DNA from: Thermodesulfobacteriota bacterium
GTDB taxonomy: Bacteria > Desulfobacterota > Desulfarculia > JACQYL01
Reading direction: 5' to 3'
Length of the DNA stretch: 64,000 bases
Assembly: GCA_963675595.2 (NCBI GenBank)
Contig: CAXXLZ010000002.1
Location: 4,384,001 to 4,448,000 of the forward strand
The notes under the pieces were generated by a model that did no database searches, had not been told where the DNA came from, and saw only the letters and a program-made list of their open reading frames with translations. Both the position numbers and the translations under genes were made by a program. Positions 62,967 to 64,000 of the stretch are shown here, piece by piece; positions within the stretch are counted from its first letter, which is position 1; each line of letters begins with the position of its first letter.

Positions 62967-63821
62967 ATGAAGTGTCGTTGCGCGAATCTGGATGCTCCGG
63001 CCAAAATCAACTTGGCTTTGTATATTGTAGGTCGAAGACCGGACGGTTATCATGACTTGGTTACCGTATTTCAGCGTCTGGATCTTCGTGATGAAGTAAG
63101 CGTTGAATGTTTGGAGGGGGGGGATATTCAGGTCCTTTGTCCCGACGGAGGGGCTCCTGAGGGAGAGCGGAATCTCGCCCACAAGGCTGTGACGATTTTT
63201 CGTCAAAAGACGGGGCATTCCACGGGAGTCCGTGTTATCATCAAAAAACGGATCCCCGCGGGAGCGGGGCTGGGGGGAGGGAGCAGCGATGCCGCCTCCA
63301 CGCTTCTGGGGCTCAACCGGGTGTGTAATTTCCCTCTTGAACGAGGAGAACTGGCGTCCATAGGTGCGGGTATCGGGGCGGATGTTCCCTTCTTTATCTG
63401 GGAATTACCCGCCGCATTGGGCAAAGGAATCGGAGATCGAATTGAACGGTTCGATGCGCCTTCGGGCGTATATCTACTCCTGAATCCCAAGTTCACGGTG
63501 TCTACCGGATGGGTTTACAGCCGCCTGAAATTGAAGTTGACAAGAAGTGACGAAAATTCTATACAAAAAACTTTAAACGAAAAATCCTGTGAAATCCCGG
63601 CCCTGCTGCATAACGACCTTGAAATGGTAACCGGCTCCGAGTTTCCTGTTATCGAAGAGATGAAGAGTCGGCTGATGGAACTGGGCAGCGAGGGGGCTAT
63701 GATGTCGGGAAGCGGTCCCACGGTCTTCGGCTATTTTCGGGATCCGGAATGTGCGGCGCATGCTTTTGAGCGTCTGCAAACGGAATCTCGGTGGTCTTGC
63801 TTTCTGACTCATTCATTTTGA
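62967..63821 (+). CDS. ispE: 4-diphosphocytidyl-2-C-methyl-D-erythritol kinase
   Basis: APAKINL, DGYH, KRIPAGAGLGGGSSDAA, GADVPFF, MSGSGPT. Confidence 0.96.
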   Translation: MKCRCANLDAPAKINLALYIVGRRPDGYHDLVTVFQRLDLRDEVSVECLEGGDIQVLCPDGGAPEGERNLAHKAVTIFRQKTGHSTGVRVIIKKRIPAGAGLGGGSSDAASTLLGLNRVCNFPLERGELASIGAGIGADVPFFIWELPAALGKGIGDRIERFDAPSGVYLLLNPKFTVSTGWVYSRLKLKLTRSDENSIQKTLNEKSCEIPALLHNDLEMVTGSEFPVIEEMKSRLMELGSEGAMMSGSGPTVFGYFRDPECAAHAFERLQTESRWSCFLTHSF

Positions 63822-63833
63822 TCGATTAAGTTT

Positions 63834-63908
63834 TGGGGTGTCGTCAAGCGGCAAGACACGGGTCTTTGGAACCCGCATTCGGAGGTTCGAATCCTCCCAC
63901 CCCAGCCA
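63834..63908 (+). tRNA. tRNA-Gln (TTG)
   Basis: Acceptor stem TGGGGTG/CACCCCA, anticodon arm CGGGT-CTTTGGA-ACCCG, GGTTCGAATCC T-arm, encoded CCA. Confidence 0.97.
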
Positions 63909-64000
63909 AATTTTATTCTGGAGCGGGCTAGGTCGGACGTACTCCTTCGGAGTGAGCCTGACTCACCCGGAAGGAAGGCTGCGATTTCGGTATGAGCGAG

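Noticed and set aside
63924-63969. Hairpin with C(UUCG)G loop after tRNA-Gln
   Set aside because: Plausible processing or leader stem, but too short and too near the window edge to call

Overview
GC-rich bacterial chromosomal window, most likely a deltaproteobacterium (Desulfobacterota-like, inferred from gene content and order such as gatB-mtnA and DUF1844-ispE-tRNA-Gln). Bases 1-8.3 kb carry a minus-strand type I-E cas operon (cas3-cas8e-cas11-cas7-cas5-cas6e-cas1-cas2). cas2 is cut by the window edge and no CRISPR array is visible. The rest mixes housekeeping genes (ftsH, UvrD-family helicase, mtnA, gatB, polA, queC, wrbA, nth, tldD/pmbA, prs, serA, ispE, tRNA-Gln) with accessory envelope and signalling genes: a C-type-lectin surface protein, an MCP, an exosortase H-like pair, NagZ and serine-hydrolase lipoproteins split by an IS630 remnant, an orphan MtaA-like methyltransferase and a hybrid kinase. 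The most striking signal is absent from the ORF track. Two tandem paralogous 26-codon genes (44864-44944, 44981-45061) encode near-identical hydrophobic peptides, each with its own strong RBS. They lie downstream of a sigma-54-type promoter with candidate IHF and activator sites, and are followed by a branched RNA structure and a membrane-bound hybrid histidine kinase. Two more sigma-54-type promoters precede an MCP and a signal-peptide-less NlpC/P60-like protein. All calls come from reading motifs by eye; no database searches were run.
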